Origin: Guillardia theta CCMP2712
Taxonomy: Eukaryota > Protista > Cryptophyta
Assembly (NCBI RefSeq): GCF_000315625.1
Contig: NW_005434596.1
Coordinates: 88,615-152,614, forward strand
Length of the DNA: 64,000 nt
Direction of reading: 5' to 3'
Program-made: the position numbers and the translations under genes
Notes under the pieces: model-generated
What the model saw: the letters and a program-made list of their open reading frames with translations, nothing else
Database searches by the model: none
What the model was told of the DNA's origin: nothing
In this document: piece after piece, positions 23,434 to 40,175 of the stretch
Position numbering within the stretch: position 1 is the first letter of the stretch
How the letters are laid out: each line of letters starts with the position of its first letter

Positions 23434-24907
23434 CGACGACGACGACGATGATGGTGTGAGCGGAGGATCAATGGAGCTGACACCTCAACGTAGATCGCAG
23501 TTGGAGGAACCCAATGCTTGCATTTAGACTTCGACGTGATCGGTATTGACTTTCCTTTCCTCCTCCTTCACAATCCTCGTACTCTCGGCACCTCTAGCAC
23601 GGTCTCCTGGCTTTCGCTCTACCACTGCCCGCCTTGTTTCTCCTCCGACCTCTGATCTGTGAGCAGGGAGTTTAATCAGCGGCGAACCTGAAAGTCTCGT
23701 CAGCCTCACTCTATGGTCCTCTTCATATCCTCTCTCCTCCCCATCCCCCTCCTCCTTCTCCTTCCCCGTCTTGCTCTGCCCTCTCGACTGTTCGTCCCTC
23801 CCTCCCTTGCTGGGTTTGCCTCCCCCTGACATTCCGCAAGCAACGACAAGGCTGGATCGTACTCTGTGAGCTTGAAGCGACGGATCTTGAGGGAGCAAAC
23901 GTAGGGCATGTAGAGTAGAGAAGAGGAAATGATGGTATTTCAGGCCGAGACTGGAGGCAGCGGGGAAGATGGGAGGTGTCAAGGAGGCGGAGACGAGCGA
24001 CAGATCTCTCAATGGGAAGGAGGAGGAGGAAGCAGAAAGAAAAAAGCCTCCCTCGCAGGTAATTCTCTTGAGAGAGGAGAGAAGAGGAGAGGAGTGTGAA
24101 AGGCCATGCAGGGGGGGATCGGGTTAGCGATCGCACTAACCTCCGACAACAAGATCGTGGTGAGTTTTCCTCTTCGTTCCAACGCTCTCTCCCCTCTCTT
24201 CTTTTTTAGTTTCTCCTCCTCTGAGTCTTTTCGCCTACCATCTTCACCTCTTCGTGACTTGCCGATTCCTGGCCTGCTATCATTCTCCCGACCCTTCTCC
24301 TCCTCCTCCTCCCTCACCTTGTAGTCAGGTTGCAGACGTCAAGCCCGATTCCTCGGCAGGACGAGCAGACCCGCCGATCAAAGTCGGAGACGAGATCTTG
24401 AAGTGAGGGAGCGGAGAGAGGAGGGGAGACGAGGAGGCGAGGAGAGGAAGAGTGGGGGAGGAGGAGGAGGAGAGGAAAAGGAGGAGGGGGAGGAGTGAGG
24501 GGAGGAGGGGATGACAGCAGGGGCATGGAAGGAGCAGGGGAGCTGACGCAGAGTGCAGGATCGGAGGGGTTGATATTGGGACGTCATTGAGTCTTGTCTA
24601 CCGACTGATTGCAGGTGAGGAAAGTCAAGGAGAAGTAAGGAGCGAGGGAGCGAGGGAAAGGAGAGAGGGAGGGAGGGAGAGGGAGAGGGAGAGAGAGAAA
24701 GAGGGAGAGGAGGAGGAGTGGGGTGTTGGTCGCTATGAGTTGTTCGAAGTCTGATTCTTCTGCTTCAGACAAGGAGGACAGCTTCGTGACCTTCAACAAC
24801 AGGAGAGCTTCCGATGGCTCCTTGTACAAGTATCGCTCCTCCTGCCTCCCCCTTCCCGGCACTGACGATCATGCAGGGTCAAGGTTTTCTCATGGAAGAG
24901 GAAGTGA
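19843..24907 (+). CDS. Multi-PDZ-domain scaffold protein with EF-hand-like N-terminus, many exons
   Basis: GVGLEL...GDRILFVDGVDV...GEVGTKVTL; VGLILKN...GGAAARSG...VAVDGENV...GKTGTT; GIGLAIAL. Last exon KVKVFSWKRK*. Confidence 0.6.
23270..23455. repeat. (GAT)n/(GAC)n microsatellite
   Basis: Directly visible. Confidence 0.9.
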
Positions 24908-25189
24908 GTTTTTCCTGCCTGTCTCCTCTGACCGGTAAAACACACCTTCACCAACTTCTCTGCCTCCTTCGGTGTGAGAGGAGGATGGGAGGAGGGTGGT
25001 TGAGCCGCAGCAGAAGGAGCATGAAGTCGGAGGGCAGGAGGGCAGGGGACAGAGTTCAGCTGGGGGGGGGGGACAAAAAACGAATTCAAAATTTCTTAGA
25101 TTGACAATATTCAAAGTGTTGGAGGAGAAGGTCAGGAAGGGAGGGGAGGAGGCAGGGAGCTAGCAGCAGTCACCATGTTCCTTCCCCCC

Positions 25190-26348
25190 TCACCTCCTCC
25201 TCCTTATCTCCGCCAGGAGCGCGAAGTGATCAGACGGGTAAGACCAGCTCGGGAGCCTCTCGGGCCCCACCTCCCCCTCGTCCGGCAGCTCCAGGACCCG
25301 GGTGGCCTCCAGCTCCCCAGTCATGAAGATGTAGTCGATGGTGTGTTTGGCCTCTACCTCTCCCCGTAGCTTCCACGTCGTGAAGGGGGGCTCCTCCCCC
25401 ATGACCTCCTCGTACGCGCTGGAGAGTCCCAGAGGATGCTTCCTAGCCGCCTCGTACGCCAAGGCGGGGTAGCTCGCCAGACCGTTGGACTTGGGGGCCG
25501 CGTTCATGTCCATGGCAAGGAGGCAGGGGGAGCGCTTGCTGAGCAGGCGGTCGAGCAGCTGCTGGATCTGCTGACATCGGACTTTCTCTCCCTCCTCGCT
25601 CTTCTTCGCGTGCAGGTGGGTCACGGCGAACCAGAAAGGAGTTACCCCCTCCTGCTCGAACTCTGCGAGGATCGCGACCTGTCGGACGCGTCATGTGAGC
25701 CTTGGATTCCTCCTCTCCCTCCACCCCCGCCCTTCCATCCCCACTCGCTCCTCCTCCTCCTCCCATCACTTCATCAATTTGTCCTCACTCCCTCAAACGT
25801 CTTCTGCCTGCCTTCAGCCCCCTCCTCCCCCTCCTCTCCCCCTCCTCTCCCCCTTCCTCAACGTGCTCCTGCCTCACCTGGTTGGTTTTCATCGGGTTCT
25901 TGTCATGGCCGAGGACCTCGTAGTTGACCATCTCGCTCTCCTTCAACTTCACCGTCTCTCTCCGCCAGAACAGCGCACAGCCATCCTGCAGGCTCGGGTC
26001 CATGCTCCTCCTGCATGGCGAGTCGGGCTTCGGCAAGAAGATCCCGTCATATCCCATCCTCCCCAGCACGGGTTCGAACCAGTCATGGAAGTGATCCACT
26101 TCCTGGAGCGCCACGATATCCGGCTGAACGCCATGCCGCATGATCTCGTCGACAAGCTTCTGCCGGCGATGCTCCCATGCCAGGCACACCGGCGACGACA
26201 TGCAGAAGCCGCCCTTGTTGACGTCCATGCCGCTCAAGCCATCCGCCAGCACGTTGAACTGAGCCACTACCAAGCTCTTCCCTCCGCTCTCTGTTTCTCT
26301 GCTCCTCCACTCCCGCCTGAAGAAACTCGCGCTGCTCTCACCCGACAT
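25190..26348 (-). CDS. NOCT: Nocturnin (EEP/CCR4-family NADP(H) phosphatase); intron 25679-25877
   Basis: QFNVLADGL, LAWEHR, PDIVALQEVDHF, DGCALF, THL, DMNA, FTTWKLR, HTIDYIF and LPSWSYPSDH. Confidence 0.88.
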
Positions 26349-27049
26349 GTTGCTATGCAGCATCCTACGTGTCGAGCCGCCTCGGCCAGTCAGACCCCAC
26401 GACCCTGATAAGATGGACAAGAAAGTGATGCGGAAGCAATGGTGCATTACTTGAATGCCAACGACATCCAAGCATGCAGCGCAGAAGAGGCGAGACGGCG
26501 AATGAAGATCTGACCACCAGGTGCCAGTTAGAGAGAGATACTAGACCTGATATGATCGACAACACTCTACAAGTATAAGGACCCTTCCTCTCCCCCCTTC
26601 AACCCTCTTCTTCACCCCCTCGAAGTTTCGCACTGAGTGATACCCTGATCACAAATCGGACAAGAACAATCGTCTCACGTGAAAGATAGTTCCTAACGAA
26701 AGTTTTCATCTCAATCCCATCATCGCTTCTGCATTATCTCCCTTATCTTCCTCCCTGGCTGTTCTCCATCCCTTGCACTTTTCATGCGTTCTCCTAACTC
26801 CCCTGCCCGCTCCTCCTCCTCCATTCCCATCAGTCGCATCCTTTGGTTTGATCCGACTTAACCACCACCCCCTACCCCTGACTTTCGAACCCTACTCCTT
26901 ATCCTTAACCACCCTACCTACAAGAAATCAACAATTACCGCCTGAAAGTTGGGCAATTGCACCGGTATATTTAATCACGGGTACTTTCATGACCCCTTGT
27001 TAGCCTACCCAACTCACCCCCACCCCCCCCGCTACAGTGCATCATCACC

Positions 27050-31424
<4,375 letters not shown>

Positions 31425-31472
31425 ACCCCTCCTCCCTCCTCCTTGCCATCCATTCCCCAGCCCCGCATTCTA

Positions 31473-34145
31473 TCATAAGCCTAACTTCGTCCTTCTCACC
31501 TGCTGTATAGTCCCCTTCCTCCTCCTCCTCCTCCTCCTCCCCCTCCTCGTTCTCCTCCTCGCCCTCCAGCAGCAGCAGCTAGAAAGCTCTAGTTCCATTG
31601 TGGAAGTGTCGGAAAGCTCCTTCTCCGCCAGTCGACACGATCTGCTCTGACTCTCTCCAGCAGCCTGTGCTCCCGCACGAGCTCCTTGCTCGCAGCTGCT
31701 CATCACGTCAGAGGAGCACAAGGGGAATGAGATGGATGTCGGGCGGTTGGCGCAAAGAGGGAGAGGGGCAGGAGGAAGAGGAAAAAGCGGAGGAGGAGGA
31801 GAAGGAGGAGGAGGAGGAGAAGGAGGAGGAGGAGGAGGAGGAGGAGGAGGAGGAGGAGGAGGAGGAGGAGGAGGAGGAGGAGGAGGAGGAGGAGGAGGAG
31901 GAGGAGAACAAGGAGAGGGAGAGGGACGAGAAAGAGTAAGAGGAGGAAGTATTGGAAATTTCGCCCTAATCTCATCACCTCCTTATAGGCTCTTGATTGT
32001 TCGGATGGTAATAGACGTACCTGGTTCACCGGTCATGGGGAACGAGGTTGGAGTACGAAACAACCACAACAAGAACGATCGATACAGCAAAGAACAACTT
32101 CGAGACGGGGAAGAACAACTTCGAGACGGGGAAGAATATTCTTAGGAAGCACAAAAACTTTCTCACAAGTGTCCATCGATCAACTTCGTTTGCAAAGGGA
32201 GGTCAGACGCGATCTTGCTGTGGGTCGGGAACAGCGACATCAGCCCTGGCAGCATGTCAGGACCTGCGACGAGGCGGCAGATGCCAAGCCACTTGGTGCC
32301 GTGCCATCGTTCAAGATGTAAGCAAAGAGATCGAACTTTGGTAGTTTGGAGAACAACATCTCCTGCAGTCACAGCAAAGGATCACATCTGAGAACCACGA
32401 AGCCAGTCATCACCTGAATCAAACTTGCTTCTGATCCTCTCATTGCACCGGAGAGGCAGACAGCAACTTTCGCATCATCCTCATCCGCTCCCGCTCTCGG
32501 CATCTTCTCTCCTCCAGTCTCTCCTCCTTTCTCTCTTCCAGTCTCTCCACTCTCTTCCCTTCCCTTGGAGTCGCTGACAGACATCTTGGCACCTGCTTGC
32601 TTCAACAGCTTTAGGATTTACGTCAGTTCACGAGAGCCATTCTCAGCTCCATCTCCTACTCTCGTCCATTCGTCCACGAGCACGTTGGGCTCAGGCGGCA
32701 GCATTGCGAGCAGCGAGCGCAGAGACGGAACAGAGTCAAGCTCTTGCTCCTGTACCGACCAGCTCACAGACTCCTTACACCTCTTCCTCCCCCTTCCTAC
32801 CAATCTTCTCTCCGCCGCATGCGCGTCTGCTCCTTCCTCCTACGGTGCCATCAGCTCCCCAGCCTCCATTCGCCCTTCGCTCCTCCCCTCCCCGACCTTG
32901 CGAGCAGCTATGGAGGCGATTCGCTCCTGCAGGCTTGTTCTGGCCATGGAAATCACCCTGCCGCAAGGCTGAGAAGCGGGGAGGGAGAGAAGCAGCATCC
33001 TTCACTTGCGCATGTCCAGGTGTGGGCTCTCTTCCTCTCCCATCACAAACACGTCCACGTCCAGGTTCGTGACACCGCTCACCCAGGAGCTCCTCGGGCC
33101 TGCCACCCCCTCCGTTCCCCCTCCCTCCCTTACGCTGAAGCGCAGCACCTGAAGTCCAGACTGGTCTATCGCGATGCCAGCGAACTTGGCCATGTTCCAG
33201 GACAACATGCTCTCAGCTGGACCCCCCGGGAGTATGTGAGAGCCGCAAACTGACGAGCTGAGAAATTTCTCCCTGTCATCCATGAGCAACGCCGCGACGA
33301 TCTCCACCCCAGTGAAGTTTGGCACGATGACGTCGGCACCTGCAAGTGTATGCTCACATTGCAGGACCAGCACCTCCCTCGAACCACCTTGAGGCAGCAG
33401 GGGGAACAGGAGGACCCAGGGCTGCTGTAGCATCTCCTTCCCCTTCACCGCTCCCCATCTATCAACATCTCAGATTCCGGAAGTCGCCGAGCAGCAGGGG
33501 AGCAAGCGCGCTTACGGGCTTCTGACCATCTGCAGACGGACACCAAACATCGTCACAGACACCTGGAAGATCTGTGAGCAGGAGGAGGCTGAGGAGGCTG
33601 CAGCGGCTCAGACTTGATCGGTCGCACATAGGGATCCGAAGGAGGAAAGCCAGGTTACCCTGATGTCTCCTACAAGCATGAAGCTGGTCAGCTCACGCCA
33701 GCGTCGACTCACCGGCTACCTTGACCATCAGGAGGGATCATAGAGACTTCGTTCACTCCTACCTCCACCATCTCCGTCCTCACAACCTCGTCGTTCATAC
33801 GCACTATCACGTGACCCCACCCGCACTCGGCCTGGTGCATGGGCCCAGTCAGCTTCAGCACCATCTCCCAACCTCTAGCACCGAGGATTCGAAGTGATCT
33901 CCCTCCCTCACTCCAGCCTCATAGGTAACTACGAGGGGCTTCGGCGGCTCAAACTCTCCCCGCAATAACAAGAACCCATCCGTCGGGCTCGAGATGCGGA
34001 CAAACTCGGCCCTTCCCCTGTGTTGCTCGGCCTGCCTGCTGAGGTCTGGTTGAGCCATGCAGGAGCGCATCATCGCAGTGACGTGAAGAGCAAGCCATAA
34101 AGCAGCATCCCTCCTCCTCCTCCTCCTCTCTCTCGTCATCCTCAT
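31473..34145 (-). CDS. Secreted or type II membrane protein with possible glycosyltransferase-like C-terminal domain; boundaries approximate
   Basis: Signal-like N-terminus followed by VRISSPTDG; later KVAVCLSGAMR motif; several plausible exons. Confidence 0.35.
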
Positions 34146-34586
34146 CCCAAACGTTACCAGTCTGCTGCCATATCTCCAGCCATATCTCCTCCCCGACAGT
34201 GGACCCCTCATCCCCTATCATAACTTTCCGACTCTCAAACCTGTCTCCAACCACTCCGACAGACTCTCCGATCCGATCAGCAGACCGTACCGTCTCAGGG
34301 CCAGACTCAGGCTCGTCCCTGTCTCGGCACTCACTGCCGCAGTCTTCCCCCCGGCCCCTCCGAGCCTGAGTAAAAGTGTCCTCGATTCTCCTGATTGTTC
34401 TCGTACGTGCGGCAAGCGGCAAAGACCCTTAACTTCGTAATTAGCAAATCTGCATATTCCAAAGCTGCTCGTGTGTCAAAAGCTCGCCGAACATCACTAG
34501 CAATGATTTGCAAGGTCATCTTTTAATCGAGTGCACTATTGAGCCTAAACCACCAAGCGGTCATCCCTCAGTCTCCTCGCCCCCCT

Positions 34587-35537
34587 TCACACCCGCTGCA
34601 GCAGCACCTCCTTGTGCTCCATGATCCAGTCCCTCAGCGGTACCCCCCTCGGCAAGTACTTCTTCACGTCCTCCGACGACCGCAGGCTGCAGAACTCCTT
34701 GTTGTAGTCGCTGTTGAGCTGGAACATGTTGGCCAGGTCGTCGGCCCCGGGGAAGGGGAGCTTGGCGTACTCGTCGCGAGAGACCATGTTGTACCTGACC
34801 TCGATCCCCAGGGTCTCCGTGAAGAGCTTCGCCACCTCCTCCATCGTCATGGTCTGGCTCGACACCCCGAGGGTCTTGCCCATGGTGCTCTTGTCCTTGA
34901 AGACGGCGGCGGCGAAGCGCCCGATGTCCTCGACGTCGTTCATGGGGAAGGGCTCTGTGCCCAGAGGGAAGGTGATGACGGCGGGCTGGTCGGGGACGTA
35001 TCGCTTGGGGCCCATGCCGAAGTCGATGAAGTTGCTGTAGAAGAAGCTGGTGTAGATGCCTGTGGCGGGGATGCCTTGCGCCCTCATCCACTCCAGCCCC
35101 TCGCCCTTCATGTCGTAGTGAGGCACGTAGAGGCCCTTGAGCTTGGGCAGGGGGTTGTCCTCCTTGACGATCTTCCTCGTGTCCTCCAGCGCTGAGAACA
35201 CCACATGCTCCACTCCCGCGGCCTTGCAGGCGTTGCCGAGGTTCTTGATGTGCTGCAGCTCTACCAAAGGGTCCATGCCGCAGCTGGCCCAGTAGTCGGT
35301 GACGAGGAACGCCCCGTAGCACCCCTGGAAGGCAGCACGCAGAGACCCCTCGTCCGCCATGTCGGCCTTGACCATCTTGATCTTGAGCTGGTCGGCGAGG
35401 GTCTTGGCGCGCTCGCTCTGGGGGTCGCGGGTGACGCCGAGGACGTCGTAGGTGCCGTCTTGGAGGAGGGCACGAGCGACGGCTCCGCCTTGACGGCCGG
35501 TGATACCAGTGACGGCGATGAGAAGCTTGGAGGACAT
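34587..35537 (-). CDS. NMRAL1: NmrA-like NAD(P)H-binding protein, copy A (316 aa, intronless)
   Basis: IAVTGITGRQGGAVARALL Rossmann motif, GAFLVTDYW, VPHYDMK and FPGADDLANMF. Confidence 0.92.
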   Translation of the reverse strand: MSSKLLIAVTGITGRQGGAVARALLQDGTYDVLGVTRDPQSERAKTLADQLKIKMVKADMADEGSLRAAFQGCYGAFLVTDYWASCGMDPLVELQHIKNLGNACKAAGVEHVVFSALEDTRKIVKEDNPLPKLKGLYVPHYDMKGEGLEWMRAQGIPATGIYTSFFYSNFIDFGMGPKRYVPDQPAVITFPLGTEPFPMNDVEDIGRFAAAVFKDKSTMGKTLGVSSQTMTMEEVAKLFTETLGIEVRYNMVSRDEYAKLPFPGADDLANMFQLNSDYNKEFCSLRSSEDVKKYLPRGVPLRDWIMEHKEVLLQRV

Positions 35538-36045
35538 GCGTGTGTGTGGTTGAAGGAGGGAGATTCTTGTTTTCTTGTTCTTCTTCTCCTTTTTTGTATT
35601 TGGGTGAGCGCACGTTTCGTTGCATCCCTTCCAACACAGGGGGTGGGGGTCCATCAGTTTTAAAATGACCTTGGAATAGATAAACCATACCAACCCGCCT
35701 CAACAGAATTCTAGTAAAAGGAAGAGGCAGTCAAAAGTGCCTACATCACATGATCGGTTCTTTGTTCATTGGGGGTTTAATAATTGTGGGTCAATGGGGG
35801 TAGGGTCAAATGACCAGTCGGGTTAGCAAAGTGGGGTAAAGTGGTACCCCCCCTTTCAAGCATAAAAGGGTGGGTCCAAGTACGTTTCACTTTACTACTT
35901 CTGCCCGGCCCTGGTCGCATTTCAACCAAGACGCAACGAAGCGAGCAGGAGTGACCCCTACCCCTCCGAACGTCCTACTACTAACCCACCCCCCTCCCTT
36001 GTTCGGTATCAACTGCCCCCCCCCCCCCACCACGCACCCTCGCGC

Positions 36046-37298
36046 ATGTCCTCCAAGCTTCTCATCGCCGTCACTGGTATCACCGGCCGTCAAGGCGGAG
36101 CCGTCGCTCGTGCCCTCCTCCAAGACGGCACCTACGACGTCCTCGGCGTCACCCGCGACCCCCAGAGCGAGCGCGCCAAGACCCTCGCCGACCAGCTCAA
36201 GATCAAGATGGTCAAGGCCGACATGGCGGACGAGGGGTCTCTGCGTGCTGCCTTCCAGGGGTGCTCTACCGAGCCTCTATTAAGCCAGCAGCATGCCCCG
36301 ATTTCAGACACACGCACCTGTTGTCTCCTCCTCCTCCACCTCAGTGATCAGACTGTCACTCCTCCTGATTCTGCTCTCACTGATTCTTTTTCCTCGTCCT
36401 CGTCCTCTTCTTCATCCTCTTACTGATCCTCCCTCCTCTTCCTCGTCTTACTGACCTGACCTTCCCCTCTGCCAGCAGAGCCTGCACATCAAGAGTCAAC
36501 TAATCTCGCACAACTTTTCGCTAGCTTCGAAGAGCATCTCAGAATGTCTTCTACATTCACTGATGGCTAGCACACTTGATCCGTCGAACTCGTTGATCAG
36601 CTCTCCGTCGAAATCGAAGACAAAGACGCTGACACATCAATCAGTCCAACCTTTTTTCTTGCAAGGCAAATGCTACCTGCTAAGTCCTGCATCGGCCACA
36701 TAGACGAATTCGATCTCGTCAACACAAACAGCACAGAGGTTGCACATCTCTTGTGGCGACTGGATGTCTCTGACAAACCTCCCACCTCGATCCATCACCA
36801 CCACACGCTTGTTCCCGGCTGAGAACAGGAGGGTCTCAACGCTACTGTGAGCAGCAGCAGGTCTTACTGTCTGCAACACAGATGAACCCACCGTCTGTCA
36901 AGTCGATCCCTTTCGGGAAGGACAGCATTGGCATTCCATCGTCATGCCAAAGGTTGGATGTCAGTCACGATGAGCTATGAATCATGGAACCCAGGAGCAT
37001 CATGGGCAAGACCCTCGGGGTGTCGAGCCAGACCATGACGATGGAGGAGGTGGCGAAGCTCTTCACGGAGACCCTGGGGATCGAGGTCAGGTACAACATG
37101 GTCTCTCGCGACGAGTACGCCAAGCTCCCCTTCCCCGGGGCCGACGACCGGGCCAACATGTTCCAGTTCAACAGCGACTACAACAAGGAGTTCTGCAGCC
37201 TGCGGTCGTCGGAGGACGTGAAGAAGTACTTGCCGAGGGGGGTACCGCTGAGGGACTGGATCATGGAGCACAAGGAGGTGCTGCTGCAGCGGGTGTGA
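36046..37298 (+). pseudogene. NMRAL1: NmrA-like copy B, disrupted: 5' part 36046-36265 and 3' part 36995-37298, middle 427 nt replaced by 729 nt of foreign sequence
   Basis: Direct alignment to copy C (3' part offset by 1352 nt). Confidence 0.88.
36266..36994 (-). pseudogene. Captured fragment of an NHL-repeat (beta-propeller) gene
   Basis: Minus-strand pieces LSFPKGIDL, AGNKRVVVMDRGGRFVRDI, CAVCVDEIEFVYVAD and VFVFDFDGELINEF, separated by intron-like gaps. Confidence 0.55.
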
Positions 37299-37699
37299 AG
37301 GGGGGCGAGGATCAGAGGGCATGAAGGGTGAAGATGGGGGAAGGAATCATGATAGGTCGCAGGAGTAGAGATCAATACACACATCACTTGATGAGATCAA
37401 CGTTTCCAAGTCTATACCTCGACAATACCGACATCTTGGATTGTCGATTACACTTGTACACTTCTTACCAGATTTGAACTTGCCGTGTGTTGCTGCAACG
37501 TCTGGATTTGATAAGTCGCAGGTGCATTGCGATCGGATGTGCCTGGTCATTTCACCCGGGACACATTTCGTACCCCCCACCCCTGTTTCCTTCAGAGTTT
37601 CTCTCTATAACTACCACCCCCTCCTCCCCAATCCGACTCGACGTATTCCCCCTCCTCTCAAGTACCAGCACAACTTTTCCCCCACACGCACCCTCGCGC

Positions 37700-38650
37700 A
37701 TGTCCTCCAAGCTTCTCATCGCCGTCACTGGTATCACCGGCCGTCAAGGCGGAGCCGTCGCTCGTGCCCTCCTCCAAGACGGCACCTACGACGTCCTCGG
37801 CGTCACCCGCGACCCCCAGAGCGAGCGCGCCAAGACCCTCGCCGACCAGCTCAAGATCAAGATGGTCAAGGCCGACATGGCGGACGAGGGGTCTCTGCGT
37901 GCTGCCTTCCAGGGGTGCTACGGGGCGTTCCTCGTCACCGACTACTGGGCCAGCTGCGGCATGGACCCTTTGGTAGAGCTGCAGCACATCAAGAACCTCG
38001 GCAACGCCTGCAAGGCCGCGGGAGTGGAGCATGTGGTGTTCTCAGCGCTGGAGGACACGAGGAAGATCGTCAAGGAGGACAACCCCCTGCCCAAGCTCAA
38101 GGGCCTCTACGTGCCTCACTACGACATGAAGGGCGAGGGGCTGGAGTGGATGAGGGCCCAAGGCATCCCCGCCACAGGCATCTACACCAGCTTCTTCTAC
38201 AGCAACTTCATCGACTTCGGCATGGGCCCCAAGCGATACGTGCCCGACCAGCCCGCCGTCATCACCTTCCCTCTGGGCACAGAGCCCTTCCCCATGAACG
38301 ACGTCGAGGACATCGGGCGCTTCGCCGCCGCCGTCTTCAAGGACAAGAGCACCATGGGCAAGACCCTCGGGGTGTCGAGCCAGACCATGACGATGGAGGA
38401 GGTGGCGAAGCTCTTCACGGAGACCCTGGGGATCGAGGTCAGGTACAACATGGTCTCTCGCGACGAGTACGCCAAGCTCCCCTTCCCCGGGGCCGACGAC
38501 CGGGCCAACATGTTCCAGTTCAACAGCGACTACAACAAGGAGTTCTGCAGCCTGCGGTCGTCGGAGGACGTGAAGAAGTACTTGCCGAGGGGGGTACCGC
38601 TGAGGGACTGGATCATGGAGCACAAGGAGGTGCTGCTGCAGCGGGTGTGA
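37700..38650 (+). CDS. NMRAL1: NmrA-like copy C (DDRANMFQF variant)
   Basis: Full-length 316-aa ORF nearly identical to copy A. Confidence 0.92.
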   Translation: MSSKLLIAVTGITGRQGGAVARALLQDGTYDVLGVTRDPQSERAKTLADQLKIKMVKADMADEGSLRAAFQGCYGAFLVTDYWASCGMDPLVELQHIKNLGNACKAAGVEHVVFSALEDTRKIVKEDNPLPKLKGLYVPHYDMKGEGLEWMRAQGIPATGIYTSFFYSNFIDFGMGPKRYVPDQPAVITFPLGTEPFPMNDVEDIGRFAAAVFKDKSTMGKTLGVSSQTMTMEEVAKLFTETLGIEVRYNMVSRDEYAKLPFPGADDRANMFQFNSDYNKEFCSLRSSEDVKKYLPRGVPLRDWIMEHKEVLLQRV

Positions 38651-39051
38651 AGGGGGGCGAGGATCAGAGAGCATGAAGGCCGAAGATGGGGGAAGGAATC
38701 ATGATAGGCCCTATGAGTAGAGATCAATACACACATCACTTGATGAGATCAACGTTTCCAAGTCTATACCTCGACAATACCGACATCTTGGATTGTCGAT
38801 TACACTTGTACACTTCTTACCAGATTTGAACTTGCCGTGTGTTGCTGCAACGTCTGGATTTGATAAGTCGCAGGTGCATTGCGATCGGATGTGCCTGGTC
38901 ATTTCACCCGGGACACATTTCGTACCCCCCACCCCTGTTTCCTTCAGAGTTTCTCTCTATAACTACCACCCCCTCCTCCCCAATCCGACTCGACGTATTC
39001 CCCCTCCTCTCAAGTACCAGCACAACTTTTCCCCCACACGCACCCTCGCGC

Positions 39052-40002
39052 ATGTCCTCCAAGCTTCTCATCGCCGTCACTGGTATCACCGGCCGTCAAG
39101 GCGGAGCCGTCGCTCGTGCCCTCCTCCAAGACGGCACCTACGACGTCCTCGGCGTCACCCGCGACCCCCAGAGCGAGCGCGCCAAGACCCTCGCCGACCA
39201 GCTCAAGATCAAGATGGTCAAGGCCGACATGGCGGACGAGGGGTCTCTGCGTGCTGCCTTCCAGGGGTGCTACGGGGCGTTCCTCGTCACCGACTACTGG
39301 GCCAGCTGCGGCATGGACCCTTTGGTAGAGCTGCAGCACATCAAGAACCTCGGCAACGCCTGCAAGGCCGCGGGAGTGGAGCATGTGGTGTTCTCAGCGC
39401 TGGAGGACACGAGGAAGATCGTCAAGGAGGACAACCCCCTGCCCAAGCTCAAGGGCCTCTACGTGCCTCACTACGACATGAAGGGCGAGGGGCTGGAGTG
39501 GATGAGGGCGCAAGGCATCCCCGCCACAGGCATCTACACCAGCTTCTTCTACAGCAACTTCATCGACTTCGGCATGGGCCCCAAGCGATACGTGCCCGAC
39601 CAGCCCGCCGTCATCACCTTCCCTCTGGGCACAGAGCCCTTCCCCATGAACGACGTCGAGGACATCGGGCGCTTCGCCGCCGCCGTCTTCAAGGACAAGA
39701 GCACCATGGGCAAGACCCTCGGGGTGTCGAGCCAGACCATGACGATGGAGGAGGTGGCGAAGCTCTTCACGGAGACCCTGGGGATCGAGGTCAGGTACAA
39801 CATGGTCTCTCGCGACGAGTACGCCAAGCTCCCCTTCCCCGGGGCCGACGACCTGGCCAACATGTTCCAGCTCAACAGCGACTACAACAAGGAGTTCTGC
39901 AGCCTGCGGTCGTCGGAGGACGTGAAGAAGTACTTGCCGAGGGGGGTACCGCTGAGGAACTGGATCATGGAGCACAAGGAGGTGCTGCTGCAGCGGGTGT
40001 GA
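39052..40002 (+). CDS. NMRAL1: NmrA-like copy D (DDLANMFQL, LRNW variant)
   Basis: Full-length 316-aa ORF nearly identical to copy A. Confidence 0.92.
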   Translation: MSSKLLIAVTGITGRQGGAVARALLQDGTYDVLGVTRDPQSERAKTLADQLKIKMVKADMADEGSLRAAFQGCYGAFLVTDYWASCGMDPLVELQHIKNLGNACKAAGVEHVVFSALEDTRKIVKEDNPLPKLKGLYVPHYDMKGEGLEWMRAQGIPATGIYTSFFYSNFIDFGMGPKRYVPDQPAVITFPLGTEPFPMNDVEDIGRFAAAVFKDKSTMGKTLGVSSQTMTMEEVAKLFTETLGIEVRYNMVSRDEYAKLPFPGADDLANMFQLNSDYNKEFCSLRSSEDVKKYLPRGVPLRNWIMEHKEVLLQRV

Positions 40003-40175
40003 AGGGGGGCGAGGATCAGAGGGCTTTAAGGGTATACGGGATGAGGGATGGGCAGGAGTTGACATGAATGTCCAGAAGACCTGGTAAATCCCTGTTGACT
40101 GCAACCTGTATGTTAGCTGTAAAGTTCAATGAATAGGATTCTGACAGCATCTGGTAGACTCAGTCGTCCGCATGC

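Larger units (their letters stand above)
36995..40021 (+). repeat. Tandem duplication, 1352-bp period (NmrA CDS plus spacer), about 2.2 units
   Basis: ATGs at 37700 and 39052; stops end at 37298, 38650 and 40002; spacers nearly identical. Confidence 0.95.

Noticed and set aside
34539-40104. Long overlapping alternative-frame and antisense ORFs over NmrA, and 5'-extended 368/387-aa versions
   Set aside because: Shadow ORFs caused by extreme GC3. Homology among copies begins at MSSKLL, so the extensions are not supported.
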